IMG/VR virus record: IMGVR_UViG_3300045988_107359
Coordinates: 1-41,201 of that record
Source of the DNA: a virus
DNA length: 41,201 bases
Reading direction: 5' to 3' (one strand)
Shown: positions 13,444 through 22,485 of the stretch, one piece after another
Layout: each line of letters opens with the position of its first letter
Position numbering within the stretch: the stretch's first letter is position 1
Notes under the pieces: generated by a model
Database searches by the model: none
What the model saw: the letters and a program-made list of their open reading frames with translations, nothing else
What the model was told of the DNA's origin: nothing
Translations under genes and position numbers: made by a program

Positions 13444-14106
13444 ATGGGGATTCCCGTTCTGGTGTACGGAAAGTCCGGCAGTGGCAAGAGCCGCTCCCTG
13501 AAGAACTTCTCCCCCGATGAACTGGTTTTAATTAACCCCATCGGGAAGCCTCTTCCATTCCGCGGCAAGTTCAAGTGGACTTTGATTTCTGATAACTACT
13601 CAGAGATCAAGATGTGGTTGTCCAAGATGCCGGTAGATACCGCAGTCATTGACGATGCCGGTTACCTGCTCACCAACCACTTTATGAGAGGCCATAGTGG
13701 CCCCAAAGGTGGTGGGAACACGTTCGACCTGTTCAATGCCATTGCAGATGAGTTTTGGTCTTTGATGTCCTTCATTCAGTACCAGCTCCCTGCCAACAAG
13801 ATCGTGTACATCATCATGCACGAGCAGGCCGACGATTATGGCAACACCAAACTCCGTACCATCGGCAAGCTCTTGGATGAAAAGGTTTGCATCGAGGGCA
13901 TGGTAACCATCTGCCTGCACTGTCTAGCCGACAAAGACCACCACTACTTCCGCACCAACTCAGATGGCGGAGACATCTGCAAATCGCCCGAAGACCTCTT
14001 CCCCCTTGAAATCGAGAACGACCTCAAAGCGGTGGACACGGCTATCCGCGAGTATTGGGGCATCGCCCCGGAACCCGCCCAGGAGGCCCCCAATGGGCAG
14101 ACCTGA
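13444..14106 (+). CDS. Sak4-like RecA-fold ATPase (recombination)
   Basis: Walker A at the N-terminus (LVYGKSGSGKS) and Walker B-like AVIDDAG. About 220 aa and followed by a DUF669-type SSB, the usual phage pairing. Confidence 0.7.
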   Translation: MGIPVLVYGKSGSGKSRSLKNFSPDELVLINPIGKPLPFRGKFKWTLISDNYSEIKMWLSKMPVDTAVIDDAGYLLTNHFMRGHSGPKGGGNTFDLFNAIADEFWSLMSFIQYQLPANKIVYIIMHEQADDYGNTKLRTIGKLLDEKVCIEGMVTICLHCLADKDHHYFRTNSDGGDICKSPEDLFPLEIENDLKAVDTAIREYWGIAPEPAQEAPNGQT

Positions 14107-14332
14107 CAGCGGTGTGGCACGGTATATCTTTGCCAGCGCCACCGTGAGAGTGGGGTTCCCGGTAGACTTCCGGGGGAATGTATCCCTTAACTGCTACCAG
14201 TGCCCCTTCTATCAGCGCAACTATCGTTCTTGCGGACTGAACAAGAAGATTGTTGCCTATCCCGAACACTATGTAGGGGACGAGTGCCCCTTAGAAATCG
14301 AAAAGGAGACTGACGAACATGAAAAAATTTGA
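14093..14332 (+). CDS. Hypothetical Cys-rich protein
   Basis: Internal Met of the listed ORF, overlapping the upstream stop. NCYQCPFY..SCGL..DECP. Confidence 0.45.
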   Translation: MGRPDSGVARYIFASATVRVGFPVDFRGNVSLNCYQCPFYQRNYRSCGLNKKIVAYPEHYVGDECPLEIEKETDEHEKI

Positions 14333-14903
14333 TTGGAACAACATCACCGCAAAGGCCCCCGACGAGTTCAGCCTTCCCGAACCTGGCGGCTATATCGCCC
14401 AGATTACCGCTGTGGAGGACCGCGAAGACAAGGAATACATTCTCGTCGAGTGGGAGTTTGCTTCCGGTCAGTATAAGGGAGACAACGGTAAGACCTACTC
14501 TCGCGCTGGTTTCTGGCCTGCTCCTTACTACGCCAGCTACAAGGGGGACAATATCGCCTACTTCAAGCACTTCAAGAATGCTGTGGAATTCTCGAACCGT
14601 GGATATACATTCAACGAGGATAACATCCAGAGCCTGCGCGGGAAGTTCTTCGGTGTGATCGTGACCCAGGAGGAATACCAGAACAGCAAGGGTGAGATCA
14701 AGAACAGCCTCAAAGCAAAAAACTGCGTGTCCGTCCAGGACATTCAGACCGGCAACTTCAAGGTGCCCAAAAAGAAACTCTTCAGCGGTTCTACTCCTGC
14801 TTCTGCCCCTTCCTACGCTTCCCCTGCCCCGACCGCTGACCCCTTCACCAGTGCCAACCCCTTTCAGGATATGACGCAGGACAAGGAACCATTGCCCTTC
14901 TAA
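14319..14903 (+). CDS. DUF669-type phage single-strand DNA-binding protein
   Basis: 194 aa. The C-terminal tail QDKEPLPF resembles the acidic SSB tip (D-x-x-LPF). Positioned after the Sak4-like ATPase. Confidence 0.6.
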   Translation: MKKFDWNNITAKAPDEFSLPEPGGYIAQITAVEDREDKEYILVEWEFASGQYKGDNGKTYSRAGFWPAPYYASYKGDNIAYFKHFKNAVEFSNRGYTFNEDNIQSLRGKFFGVIVTQEEYQNSKGEIKNSLKAKNCVSVQDIQTGNFKVPKKKLFSGSTPASAPSYASPAPTADPFTSANPFQDMTQDKEPLPF

Positions 14904-14915
14904 GGAGGTGTTTGT

Positions 14916-15215
14916 ATGAGCGTGAGTATCAGGCAAAGAGAGGGCTTTATCGCTATGCCGAACGACCACCTCTTTGACAGTGAGTTATCCCTTGAAGCTA
15001 AAGGGCTTCTGAGCCTGTTCTACGAACTTTCTCAGAGCGGAATCCCGTTCAACGATGCAAGAGTATTCGATCTGTCCAACAGCAAGGCAGGTGAGTTTAT
15101 CTCTGCTGTCATTGAGCTTAAAGATCATGGGTACATTGACTTTGATGTAAAACCAGAGGACTTCTTCGCAGAAGCAAGCCTTTGGATGAAGCGTCGGAGG
15201 GAATATCGTGAGTAA
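14916..15215 (+). CDS. Helix-turn-helix protein related to the N-terminus of the replication initiator
   Basis: 99 aa with RBS AAGGAGG. Its N-terminus (..DSELSLEAKGLLSLF) parallels that of the next ORF (..DKNLSNKARGLLSTV). Confidence 0.55.
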   Translation: MSVSIRQREGFIAMPNDHLFDSELSLEAKGLLSLFYELSQSGIPFNDARVFDLSNSKAGEFISAVIELKDHGYIDFDVKPEDFFAEASLWMKRRREYRE

Positions 15216-15906
15216 TATCGTCCGAGTAGACAGAAACAAAAATTACACGGTGATGGGCAACTATCACTTGCGCGACAAGAACCTGTCGAACAAGGCGAGA
15301 GGCTTGTTGTCTACCGTCCTGTCTCTGCCCCCTGAGTGGGACTACACTGTTCGCGGCCTTGCAGCTATTTGCAAGGATGGAGTAGACAGCATTGCTTCTC
15401 AGCTCAAAGAGTTAGAACGATACGGCTATCTTACCAGAAGTCAGAGGCAGGAAACGGACGGGAAGTTCTCTGGAATGGAATATACGTTCCGAGAGCGGCC
15501 GTGTACGGGTTTCCAGTGTACGGTTAACCCCGCACAAATAAATACTGATAAAGTAAATACTGAATATATCCCCCCTATATCTTTAGATAAATCTAAAGAT
15601 ACCCCCCAGAGGGGGGAACCCACACCCAAGCGAGAGCGAAAGAGATTTACTCCTCCCAAGCTGGAAGAGGTCGAAGCTTACTGTCGGGAAAGAAACAACT
15701 CTGTCGATGCTTCCCGATTCCTGGACTACTACGAAGCAGTGGGCTGGAAGGTAGGCAAGCAGCCCATGAAGGACTGGAAGGCTGCCGTCCGAACTTGGGA
15801 ACGCAGGGACGCAAGCAACGCCTCTTCCCAAGCAAAAAAAGATGAGGTTTACCGCGCCCCGGTCTGTGTCGGGTTCGATGAGGAAGGGAGAGGGATTTAC
15901 AAGTGA
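15208..15906 (+). CDS. Replication initiator / replisome organiser
   Basis: N-terminal wHTH-like region. C-terminal FTPPKLEEVEAYCRERNNSVDASRFLDYYEAVGWKVGKQPMKDWKAAVRTWE is typical of phage DnaD-like organisers. Directly upstream of dnaB. Confidence 0.7.
   Translation: MSNIVRVDRNKNYTVMGNYHLRDKNLSNKARGLLSTVLSLPPEWDYTVRGLAAICKDGVDSIASQLKELERYGYLTRSQRQETDGKFSGMEYTFRERPCTGFQCTVNPAQINTDKVNTEYIPPISLDKSKDTPQRGEPTPKRERKRFTPPKLEEVEAYCRERNNSVDASRFLDYYEAVGWKVGKQPMKDWKAAVRTWERRDASNASSQAKKDEVYRAPVCVGFDEEGRGIYK
15501..15616. promoter_or_regulatory. Candidate replication origin inside the initiator gene
   Basis: GTGTACGG x2 (15501-15508, 15516-15523). TAAATACTGA x2 (15539-15548, 15554-15563). AT-rich palindrome TCTTTAGATAAATCTAAAGA (15580-15599). 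CCCCCC-AGA-GGGGGG (15602-15616). Confidence 0.35.
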
Positions 15907-17195
15907 TGAACTCAGCCTATTCCTTGGAGGCTGAAAACTCTGTGCTGGGTTCCATTCTCCTGGACGCTTCGGTTTTTCCGGGCGTTCGGGAGGCCCTCAC
16001 AGCAGAGGATTTCAGCAACACCGTAAACAAGGCTATTTACAAGGCCGCTGAGGGCCTTTTCAACGCAGGCAAGGTAGTTGACCCGGTAAGCATCAAAAGG
16101 GCCGCAGAAGCGATTCTAGGCGGGTCTGAGGACGTGAATCTGAATGACTACATGCTTCAGCTCCTAGAAATCACACCGACAGCTGCCAACGTAAGCGAAT
16201 ACGTCAAGTTGGCGCGAGACGCTTCCATGCGCCGTCAGCTCATCGAGATTGCCCGGAAGATCGAGATGTATGTAGAGAGCTACTCTCCGCCCAGAGAGGT
16301 GATAGCTTCCGCTCAGAAAGCCTTGCAGGGCATTGAAAGCAACGAGAGGAACCAGGAAACCATCAGTTTCTCCGATGCTCTGACTGACTTCCTGGTCCTT
16401 CAGGACGAGATTCAGACTGGTGTATGTTTATTCATAAAAACCGAATATAAATACATTGACAGAGTGCTGGGCGGTGGATTACTCAACAGCGGTTTCTACC
16501 TGCTGGCAGGCCGTCCGGGTATGGGTAAGACCACGCTGGGCTTGAACATCGTCCGTAAGGTAGCGAAGAAAGGCCTGCCGGTGTTGTTCGTCTCTCTGGA
16601 AATGTCCAAAGAACAGATCACGCAGAAGCTTCTAGCCCTGGAAACCGGCCTCTCCACGCAGGAGTTGGTCGGAAAGATGGACGCCCAGGCCGTGGACAGG
16701 GTGACGGAAGCAGCCACGCAGATACACGGCCTGCCGCTGACGCTGAACCGCAAGCCGGGTGCCACGGTGTCTGACATAGCGAATATGGCCCGTGCCGTGA
16801 AAGGTCTAGCCATGATTTGCGTGGACTACGTCGGTCTCATCGAGCCGGACAACAAGCAGGCCAAGCGCTATGAAGGGGTGTCCCAAGTCTCCCGTGACTT
16901 GAAGCAGTTGGCCTTGCGCCTGAATATCCCGATTCTCGGCCTGGCCCAGCTCAGCCGGGAAGTTACCGGACGAACAGATAAGCGTCCTGTAATCTCCGAC
17001 CTGCGAGATTCCGGCGGTCTGGAGCAGGATGCGGACGGCATTATTCTACTGCATCGTCCAGACTACTACGACCCCGAATACAAGCACGACCCTGTGACCC
17101 CCGTTATCTTGGAGGCCACGATAGGCAAAAACCGACACGGCCCCACCGGTAAGGTAACACTGGACTACTACCTGACCAACGGTCGGATTTTATGA
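15903..17195 (+). CDS. dnaB: Replicative DNA helicase DnaB
   Basis: 430 aa. N-terminal LEAENSVLGSILLD, Walker A GRPGMGKTT, and SLEMS and RDSGGLEQDAD motifs. Confidence 0.9.
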   Translation: MMNSAYSLEAENSVLGSILLDASVFPGVREALTAEDFSNTVNKAIYKAAEGLFNAGKVVDPVSIKRAAEAILGGSEDVNLNDYMLQLLEITPTAANVSEYVKLARDASMRRQLIEIARKIEMYVESYSPPREVIASAQKALQGIESNERNQETISFSDALTDFLVLQDEIQTGVCLFIKTEYKYIDRVLGGGLLNSGFYLLAGRPGMGKTTLGLNIVRKVAKKGLPVLFVSLEMSKEQITQKLLALETGLSTQELVGKMDAQAVDRVTEAATQIHGLPLTLNRKPGATVSDIANMARAVKGLAMICVDYVGLIEPDNKQAKRYEGVSQVSRDLKQLALRLNIPILGLAQLSREVTGRTDKRPVISDLRDSGGLEQDADGIILLHRPDYYDPEYKHDPVTPVILEATIGKNRHGPTGKVTLDYYLTNGRIL

Positions 17196-17205
17196 AGGAG
17201 GTACC

Positions 17206-17613
17206 ATGCTATTTGTTATTCCCCTGCCCCCCGTGACCAAAAAGAACTCCCAGCGCATCATCAAGGTCAACGGACGGCCTATTATTATCCCATCGGCTAA
17301 GTATGTAACCTATGAGCGGGAAGCTATCAAGTGCTTGCAAGCCTATTTCGGCGGCAAAGAGCCGCCCAAGATCGACTACCCTTGTAACGTAAAGTGTGAG
17401 TTCTACATGCCCACCCGCCGCCGGGTAGACCTGAACAACCTGCTCGAAGCTGCAACGGACGTGCTGGTTCGCGCCGGTATCCTGGACGATGATAACAGCC
17501 AGATCGTGGCATCCCACGATGGAAGTCGGGTATTCTACGACAAGGAGAACCCCAGAACGGCGATAACCATCGAGCATTTTCGTGAACCCACGAAAAAGGA
17601 GGAAAACCAATGA
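17206..17613 (+). CDS. rusA: RusA-type Holliday junction resolvase
   Basis: 135 aa. The pattern PPVTKKNSQRI..DLNNLLEAATDVLVRAGILDDDN is typical of the RusA family. Confidence 0.75.
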   Translation: MLFVIPLPPVTKKNSQRIIKVNGRPIIIPSAKYVTYEREAIKCLQAYFGGKEPPKIDYPCNVKCEFYMPTRRRVDLNNLLEAATDVLVRAGILDDDNSQIVASHDGSRVFYDKENPRTAITIEHFREPTKKEENQ

Positions 17614-18188
17614 TCAAAATCGGAAAATGCGCCGATACGATAACAACATGGGCGGAGCTGAGGGATGCCGTCCATGCCGGTTCCAGTCCGCTTAAAGTCG
17701 GCGATGAAATCGAAATCGAGCTAAAAACCGGCGAACGTGTGACGCTCGTTTGCGAGTTGGTAAAAGATGGCCGCGCAACCTTTTTCACCAGGGACTTGCT
17801 GGAAGACACCCACGCCATGGACGAGGGGTGGATCACCGGATACAAAAAACACCTGAGTACTATGGATAGGTACCTGAAGAAACTGTTCCATATTCTGCCG
17901 GATGATTTGCAGGCCGTGATTTGCGATGGCAAGCTGCGGCTGTTGCGGGAACGGGAGGTTTTTGGAGAAAATTGCTATGGAAGACCGGAGGACTGTGAGC
18001 AATTACCGCGATACCGGAAGCCAAAAAACCGTGTGAAGTGGCTGAGTGGCGTTCCGTTTCCGTATTGGTTGGCGTCCCCGCGTGCAGGCACCTCCACGCC
18101 ATTTTGCGCTGTGAGCAGCGACGGCAGCAGCAGCGCCACCGCCTCCGCCAGCACCAGCTTCGGCGTGTGCTTCGGCTTTGAAGTTTAA
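17610..18188 (+). CDS. Hypothetical protein (DUF6273-like C-terminus)
   Basis: 192 aa. PYWLASPRAG..CAVSSDG resembles a domain common in Clostridia. Family name recalled, not searched. Confidence 0.5.
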   Translation: MIKIGKCADTITTWAELRDAVHAGSSPLKVGDEIEIELKTGERVTLVCELVKDGRATFFTRDLLEDTHAMDEGWITGYKKHLSTMDRYLKKLFHILPDDLQAVICDGKLRLLREREVFGENCYGRPEDCEQLPRYRKPKNRVKWLSGVPFPYWLASPRAGTSTPFCAVSSDGSSSATASASTSFGVCFGFEV

Positions 18189-18239
18189 TCTAAAATCTAA
18201 CAATCGCGGGGCCTTGTGTCCCGTGTAGGAGGGAAACAA

Positions 18240-18794
18240 ATGAACGAATTGAACCAATACGGAATTCTATCTGGGAACGAAATCCGACAGCGCATGTCCA
18301 AATGGGATATCATCATACACCCATATAACGATCAGCAGCTCGGCCCCAACAGCTACAATCTGCGTTTGATGGATCGGATGCTGGTGTACACAGAGGCGGT
18401 GTTGGACCCCAAACGAGACAACCGCACACGGGAGATCACCATCCCGCCGGAGGGCTACGTGTTGAAGCCCGGAAGGGTGTACATCGCGTCCACGGAGGAA
18501 TGGACCGAGACCCGGAACTTGGTCCCCATGCTGGTTGGGCGCTCGTCCGTGGGGCGCTTGGGACTGGCTGTACACGTTACAGCGGGTTTTGGGGACATCG
18601 GGTTCCGGGGCCGTTGGACGCTGGAGCTGGCAGCCACCGAGCCGGTGCGTATCTACCCCGGTATGGAAATTTGCCAAATTTATTATCATACCATCGCGGG
18701 AGAAATCCTGGATGAATATAAAGGCAAGTACGTCGGACAAGAGGCGCCTACCCAGTCCCGGCTCTTCCAGGAAATGGGGGAAGACAATGGCTGA
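18240..18794 (+). CDS. dcd: dCTP deaminase (possibly bifunctional dCTP deaminase/dUTPase)
   Basis: Start MNELNQ lies after GGAGGG. The GRSSVGRLGLAVHVTAGFGDIGFRGRWTLEL motif is characteristic. Confidence 0.85.
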   Translation: MNELNQYGILSGNEIRQRMSKWDIIIHPYNDQQLGPNSYNLRLMDRMLVYTEAVLDPKRDNRTREITIPPEGYVLKPGRVYIASTEEWTETRNLVPMLVGRSSVGRLGLAVHVTAGFGDIGFRGRWTLELAATEPVRIYPGMEICQIYYHTIAGEILDEYKGKYVGQEAPTQSRLFQEMGEDNG

Positions 18795-19089
18795 ATACAT
18801 CGAGCGAGAGGCCTTGTTAGAGGCTATCAGCAAAATTGGCGGAAGCCCTCTCAGCGAGTGGGACACTGTGGGAGTGATTAGCCTAGTTGCAAACCAGCCT
18901 GCCGCCGATGTGGCCCCGGTGCGGCGTGGGCATTGGGTGCGGGTTGGCGATGGGACAACATGCAGCGAGTGCCTAGCAGGGATGAAGCGGACCGATGGCA
19001 TACAAACCGAGTGGGTAGATCTATCCATGATGCTATTTTGTCCAAAATGTGGTTCCAAGATGGACAAGGAGAAGAGCCATGCAAACTAA
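18787..19089 (+). CDS. Hypothetical zinc-ribbon protein
   Basis: Start MAEYIERE overlaps the dcd stop. CSEC..(24 aa)..CPKC. Confidence 0.55.
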   Translation: MAEYIEREALLEAISKIGGSPLSEWDTVGVISLVANQPAADVAPVRRGHWVRVGDGTTCSECLAGMKRTDGIQTEWVDLSMMLFCPKCGSKMDKEKSHAN

Positions 19090-19417
19090 ACCCACCATCG
19101 ATCTAAAAAATGACAACTTCGGGGCCGTCTTAAACTGCGCGGTTCGATACAGCCTGGGCCGTCACACCTACATACCGGGGTTTGTTATGGGTTTCATCGG
19201 CCCGCTGTTGCCCTACGTCAGCGATAAGACACTGTGGTGTATGGAGCGAGATATCAAAAACTTCGTCGAGCCATACGCCAAGTGCCCGCCCAAATCCATC
19301 ATCGACAAAATGGACATCGAGCAGTGGGAGCGATTCCTGCAAGCGGTCCAGCAAGCTATCGACGAAAGAACAGTTGGATGCCCCTCCCGGAACCGCCGGG
19401 GGTTGAATGACAACTAA
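19079..19417 (+). CDS. Hypothetical protein
   Basis: Start MQTKPTID overlaps the upstream gene's end. 112 aa. Confidence 0.55.
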   Translation: MQTKPTIDLKNDNFGAVLNCAVRYSLGRHTYIPGFVMGFIGPLLPYVSDKTLWCMERDIKNFVEPYAKCPPKSIIDKMDIEQWERFLQAVQQAIDERTVGCPSRNRRGLNDN

Positions 19418-19485
19418 CGCGTAACCGTGTTGGAATCGACACGGTTAAACTGGCCGAAATCGACCAGTTTAGAAAGGAGAGCAAA

Positions 19486-19791
19486 ATGAATATCCCGGAT
19501 AAAATGAAATGCTGGGGAGATTTCCCGGCCATGGTAGGCTACGCTGCCTGCTATGAAGCCCTAGCAGAGGAGTGCATGGAGTTGGCTCACTGCGCCCTGA
19601 AACTCGCCAGAGTTTTGCGGGGAGATAACCCGGTTAAAGAGGACGGAACGATCTACCTGGATAAGTTGGACGAAGAATACACCGACGTTGTTTCCTGCGC
19701 TATCGCCCTTGAGCTGAAACCCAATGCGGATATTTCTGTTTGGAAGTGGGAACGGCACAAGAAGCGGCTGGAAGAAATGGAGGGGAAATAA
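19486..19791 (+). CDS. MazG-like nucleotide pyrophosphohydrolase (small all-alpha NTP-PPase)
   Basis: 101 aa with EECMEL and EEYTDV acidic motifs spaced as in MazG-type proteins. Confidence 0.5.
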   Translation: MNIPDKMKCWGDFPAMVGYAACYEALAEECMELAHCALKLARVLRGDNPVKEDGTIYLDKLDEEYTDVVSCAIALELKPNADISVWKWERHKKRLEEMEGK

Positions 19792-20726
19792 TGGAGTTGG
19801 AAATCAAGCCCTGCCCTAAGTGCGGGAATCAAAAGGTTTCTGTGAGGGGCATTTTCAGGGAAAGCGACTGGAAAGGGTGTGCTCGTGTTAAGTGCAAACA
19901 GTGTGGCTTTACTGGACCGTTCGCAGAAACCGCAGAGGAAGCAGTGAAGGTTTGGAATGTTTTGATCGTTGAGGTATTTGAAAGAATGAATCCTCATCAC
20001 GAAAAGGAAGGAGACGCAATGAAGAAGCATGAACCCTGCCCCGTTTGTGGCAAAGCAAACATGGAGGTCAAACAAATGACCCTCTCCAAAGAAGAAATCA
20101 TTCGTGGAGAGCGAAAGTTCCGCGCCGTGTGTCGGAAGTGCGGTTGGGCTGGCCCTGAACGCAGCAACCCGAACGATGCGTTGTGGTATTGGGACAAAAC
20201 AATCAAGCAAATTCACGGAGAAAACGAGCCAAAGGAAAAACCGGCTAGAATACCGGAAAATGTGGCTTTGATCGAGCGTGTCATTGGAGGGCTGGATTGC
20301 TGTTTGATGGATAAGCCTTGCGAGGATTGTCCTTACAACGATGGGAACAGAGGAAGTACGGAGTGTATCAGCCACCTGCTTAAGCTGGCAACTAAGCTAC
20401 TCTCTGACTACCGTGACGCAACCGTTCTGATGAACGCAGAGAAGAAGGACGCCACAAGAAAAAGCATCCTGGACGCCGCCGCAACCTGCGTCTGCAAAGA
20501 GAGAAACGACCAGTACGGGGAACCAGAAGATTGTTTCCAGGATATCGCCAACCTCTGGGCAGCTTACAAAGGAACCAACTTCGATCCCTTTGACGTGGCT
20601 ATGATGATGTCCCTGTTAAAGGTGGCACGAGCCAAAGCAAACCCTCAGCACACAGATAACTACATCGACCTCTGCGGCTATGGAAGCATTGCCGGGGAGT
20701 TAGCAAACAAGGAGGAAAACGAATGA
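19791..20726 (+). CDS. Fusion protein: two Lar-like zinc ribbons, a Cys-rich linker and a DUF6378-type NTP-PPase-like domain
   Basis: Start MELEIKPCPKCG. A second module follows (HEPCPVCG..CRKCGW). The C-terminus (ERNDQYGEPEDCFQDIANLW..DVAMMMSLLKVARA) is DUF6378-like (recalled). Confidence 0.55.
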   Translation: MELEIKPCPKCGNQKVSVRGIFRESDWKGCARVKCKQCGFTGPFAETAEEAVKVWNVLIVEVFERMNPHHEKEGDAMKKHEPCPVCGKANMEVKQMTLSKEEIIRGERKFRAVCRKCGWAGPERSNPNDALWYWDKTIKQIHGENEPKEKPARIPENVALIERVIGGLDCCLMDKPCEDCPYNDGNRGSTECISHLLKLATKLLSDYRDATVLMNAEKKDATRKSILDAAATCVCKERNDQYGEPEDCFQDIANLWAAYKGTNFDPFDVAMMMSLLKVARAKANPQHTDNYIDLCGYGSIAGELANKEENE

Positions 20727-21049
20727 AAATCTTTATCTCTCAGCCCATGCGAGGCAAAACCGACGCCGAAATCCTGGCAGAACGGGAGCGAGCTATCAAG
20801 GTTGCTAAGGCCAAGTGGGGTGACGATGTGGAGGTCCTGGAGAGTTTCTTTCGGGGTGCTCCCGCCGAAGCAAAGCCGCTGTGGTTTCTGGGCGAGAGCC
20901 TGAAAGTCATGGCGGATGCGGGTGCTGTTATCGTATGCAAGGGGTGGAGCGAAGCAAGAGGATGCAAGGTGGAGATCGCCGCTGCAGAAGCGTACAAGTT
21001 GCCGGTTTTCTTTTTGATCGGCGATAAATTGCGCGGATACAACGAGTAA
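20723..21049 (+). CDS. Nucleoside 2-deoxyribosyltransferase-like (DUF4406-type) protein
   Basis: 108 aa. MKIFISQPMRGK..ADAGAVIVCKGWSEARGCKVEIAAAEAYKLPVFF follows the pattern of that family (recalled). Confidence 0.5.
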   Translation: MKIFISQPMRGKTDAEILAERERAIKVAKAKWGDDVEVLESFFRGAPAEAKPLWFLGESLKVMADAGAVIVCKGWSEARGCKVEIAAAEAYKLPVFFLIGDKLRGYNE

Positions 21050-21086
21050 CATGTGCAAAAAATACACAGGTTGGAAAGGGGAACCA

Positions 21087-21290
21087 ATGGAAACATGTAT
21101 GTGTAGGTGTCGTAAATGTGGCGGGAGTGTCATTCTGAAAGAAAGTGGCTATTCCGCTCTGTTTACGGAGCGACTGCATAGGGTGTTCTGGATGCAGTGT
21201 AAACGCTGTGGAAACTATGGCCCAGAAGGTACCGAAGCAGAAGCCTTTTATGGATGGATTGAAGAGAATAAGGAGGGCAACAATGATTGA
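21087..21290 (+). CDS. Lar-like zinc-ribbon protein
   Basis: Start METCMCRCRKCGG lies after AAAGGGG. A second CxxC follows (CKRCGNYGPEGTEAEAFYGW). Confidence 0.5.
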   Translation: METCMCRCRKCGGSVILKESGYSALFTERLHRVFWMQCKRCGNYGPEGTEAEAFYGWIEENKEGNND

Positions 21291-22056
21291 GCTTGAAAAC
21301 ACTGAAGTAGTCGGCTGGGAAGCCGCTATCCGAGGGATGCGAAACCCCATGAACTCCTGGGAGCGGTCGGATAGCCAACCGTGCAAGAGCGGGGACGGAT
21401 TCGAGGATTGCCGTGTGGGAGTTCATGGAAGTTGTCCACGCGGGGACGAGGACTACTTCAAAGAAGACATTTTCTGCGTCGGAAAGAATGACTTCGAGCT
21501 GATGCAGCGCCTCGCCAGGGCCGGAACGGATCACCGCAAGTTTATGCGCATGATCGTGGTGTATGTGGACGTGACTGCACCGCTGTACTGGTGGAAGGAG
21601 TTCAAAACGTATCGCGCTGGGAAAAGGTGGGGAGATGAAGAACCGGATGCGTTTGTTATCCCCTCTGATTACTTGGAGTACGACATTGAAATGAATTCCT
21701 GCTCCACGATGCACACGCTGGACAAGCGTGACCTAGAGTTGGAAGATTTCAGTATGGACAGCATCAAAGAAAATGATGTAGCAGTTCAACTTTTCTGCGA
21801 TGTGATTGAAAGAATCAATGCGTTGCGTCGCTGGTATAAGGAAGGTGGAGAAAAATCTTACTGGAGGGAAATGATTCAGCTTCTCCCAAGCAGTTACAAC
21901 CAGCGCCGAACCTTGATGCTGAACTACGAAGTTCTAGCTAACATTTACCGCGCCCGGCGCAATCACAAGCTCACCGAGTGGCGGGAGTTCTGCCGCTGGA
22001 TCGAATCTCTCCCCTACTCCGAACTCATCACGGGAAAGGAGAAGTTGGATGACTGA
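21283..22056 (+). CDS. ThyX-fold (Thy1-like) protein, divergent
   Basis: Start MIELENTEVVGWEAAIRGMRNPMNSW lies after AAGGAGGG. Overall resemblance to flavin-dependent thymidylate synthases, but I cannot find the canonical RHR..S..S.RY motif (FKTYRAG and NSCSTMH instead). Confidence 0.5.
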   Translation: MIELENTEVVGWEAAIRGMRNPMNSWERSDSQPCKSGDGFEDCRVGVHGSCPRGDEDYFKEDIFCVGKNDFELMQRLARAGTDHRKFMRMIVVYVDVTAPLYWWKEFKTYRAGKRWGDEEPDAFVIPSDYLEYDIEMNSCSTMHTLDKRDLELEDFSMDSIKENDVAVQLFCDVIERINALRRWYKEGGEKSYWREMIQLLPSSYNQRRTLMLNYEVLANIYRARRNHKLTEWREFCRWIESLPYSELITGKEKLDD

Positions 22057-22450
22057 CGAACGAGTGAGACGGGAAAGACGCCGTGTTAAGCGTCTGGCTG
22101 CTGGACTGTGTGCGAAATGCGGGAAGTTCCCGCATAGACCGGGTGTCCAAACCTGTGTTTCTTGTTTTGAGAAGCAAAAGGAGCTGGACAGAAAAAAATA
22201 CCTGAGAAAGACAGCAGAAAAGAAACTGGAAAGGAGAGAATCGGAAAGGCCGAACACCATCTGTATCGACTGCAAGCACGCAGTCCCCACAGCAGACGGC
22301 AAGTATGGCTGTGAGTGGTCACGGCACTTCCAGCCGGTCACCGGTTGGGTGGCTGTGCGGCGTGATCTGAAAGTACAGGGAGGAGCCGGGAAAGTCCATC
22401 TCTCCCTGTCGTACAAAGTGGAAAGCTGTCCAAAATTCATCGAAGGATAA
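22049..22450 (+). CDS. Zinc-finger protein, last early gene (possible late regulator)
   Basis: 133 aa. CAKCG..CVSC and CIDC..C motifs with a basic N-terminus. Confidence 0.55.
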   Translation: MTDERVRRERRRVKRLAAGLCAKCGKFPHRPGVQTCVSCFEKQKELDRKKYLRKTAEKKLERRESERPNTICIDCKHAVPTADGKYGCEWSRHFQPVTGWVAVRRDLKVQGGAGKVHLSLSYKVESCPKFIEG

Positions 22451-22454
22451 AAGG

Positions 22455-22481
22455 AAGGGCCGCCCGGTGTGGGTGGCCCTT
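22455..22481. terminator. Bidirectional terminator between the convergent early and late operons
   Basis: 11-bp stem AAGGGCCGCCC / GGGTGGCCCTT with a 5-nt loop. T-rich on both sides. Confidence 0.75.
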
Positions 22482-22485
22482 CTTG

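Noticed and set aside
18267-19067. 266-aa minus-strand ORF opposite dcd
   Set aside because: It is antisense to a gene with an unmistakable dCTP deaminase motif, on the wrong strand for the operon and without an RBS.
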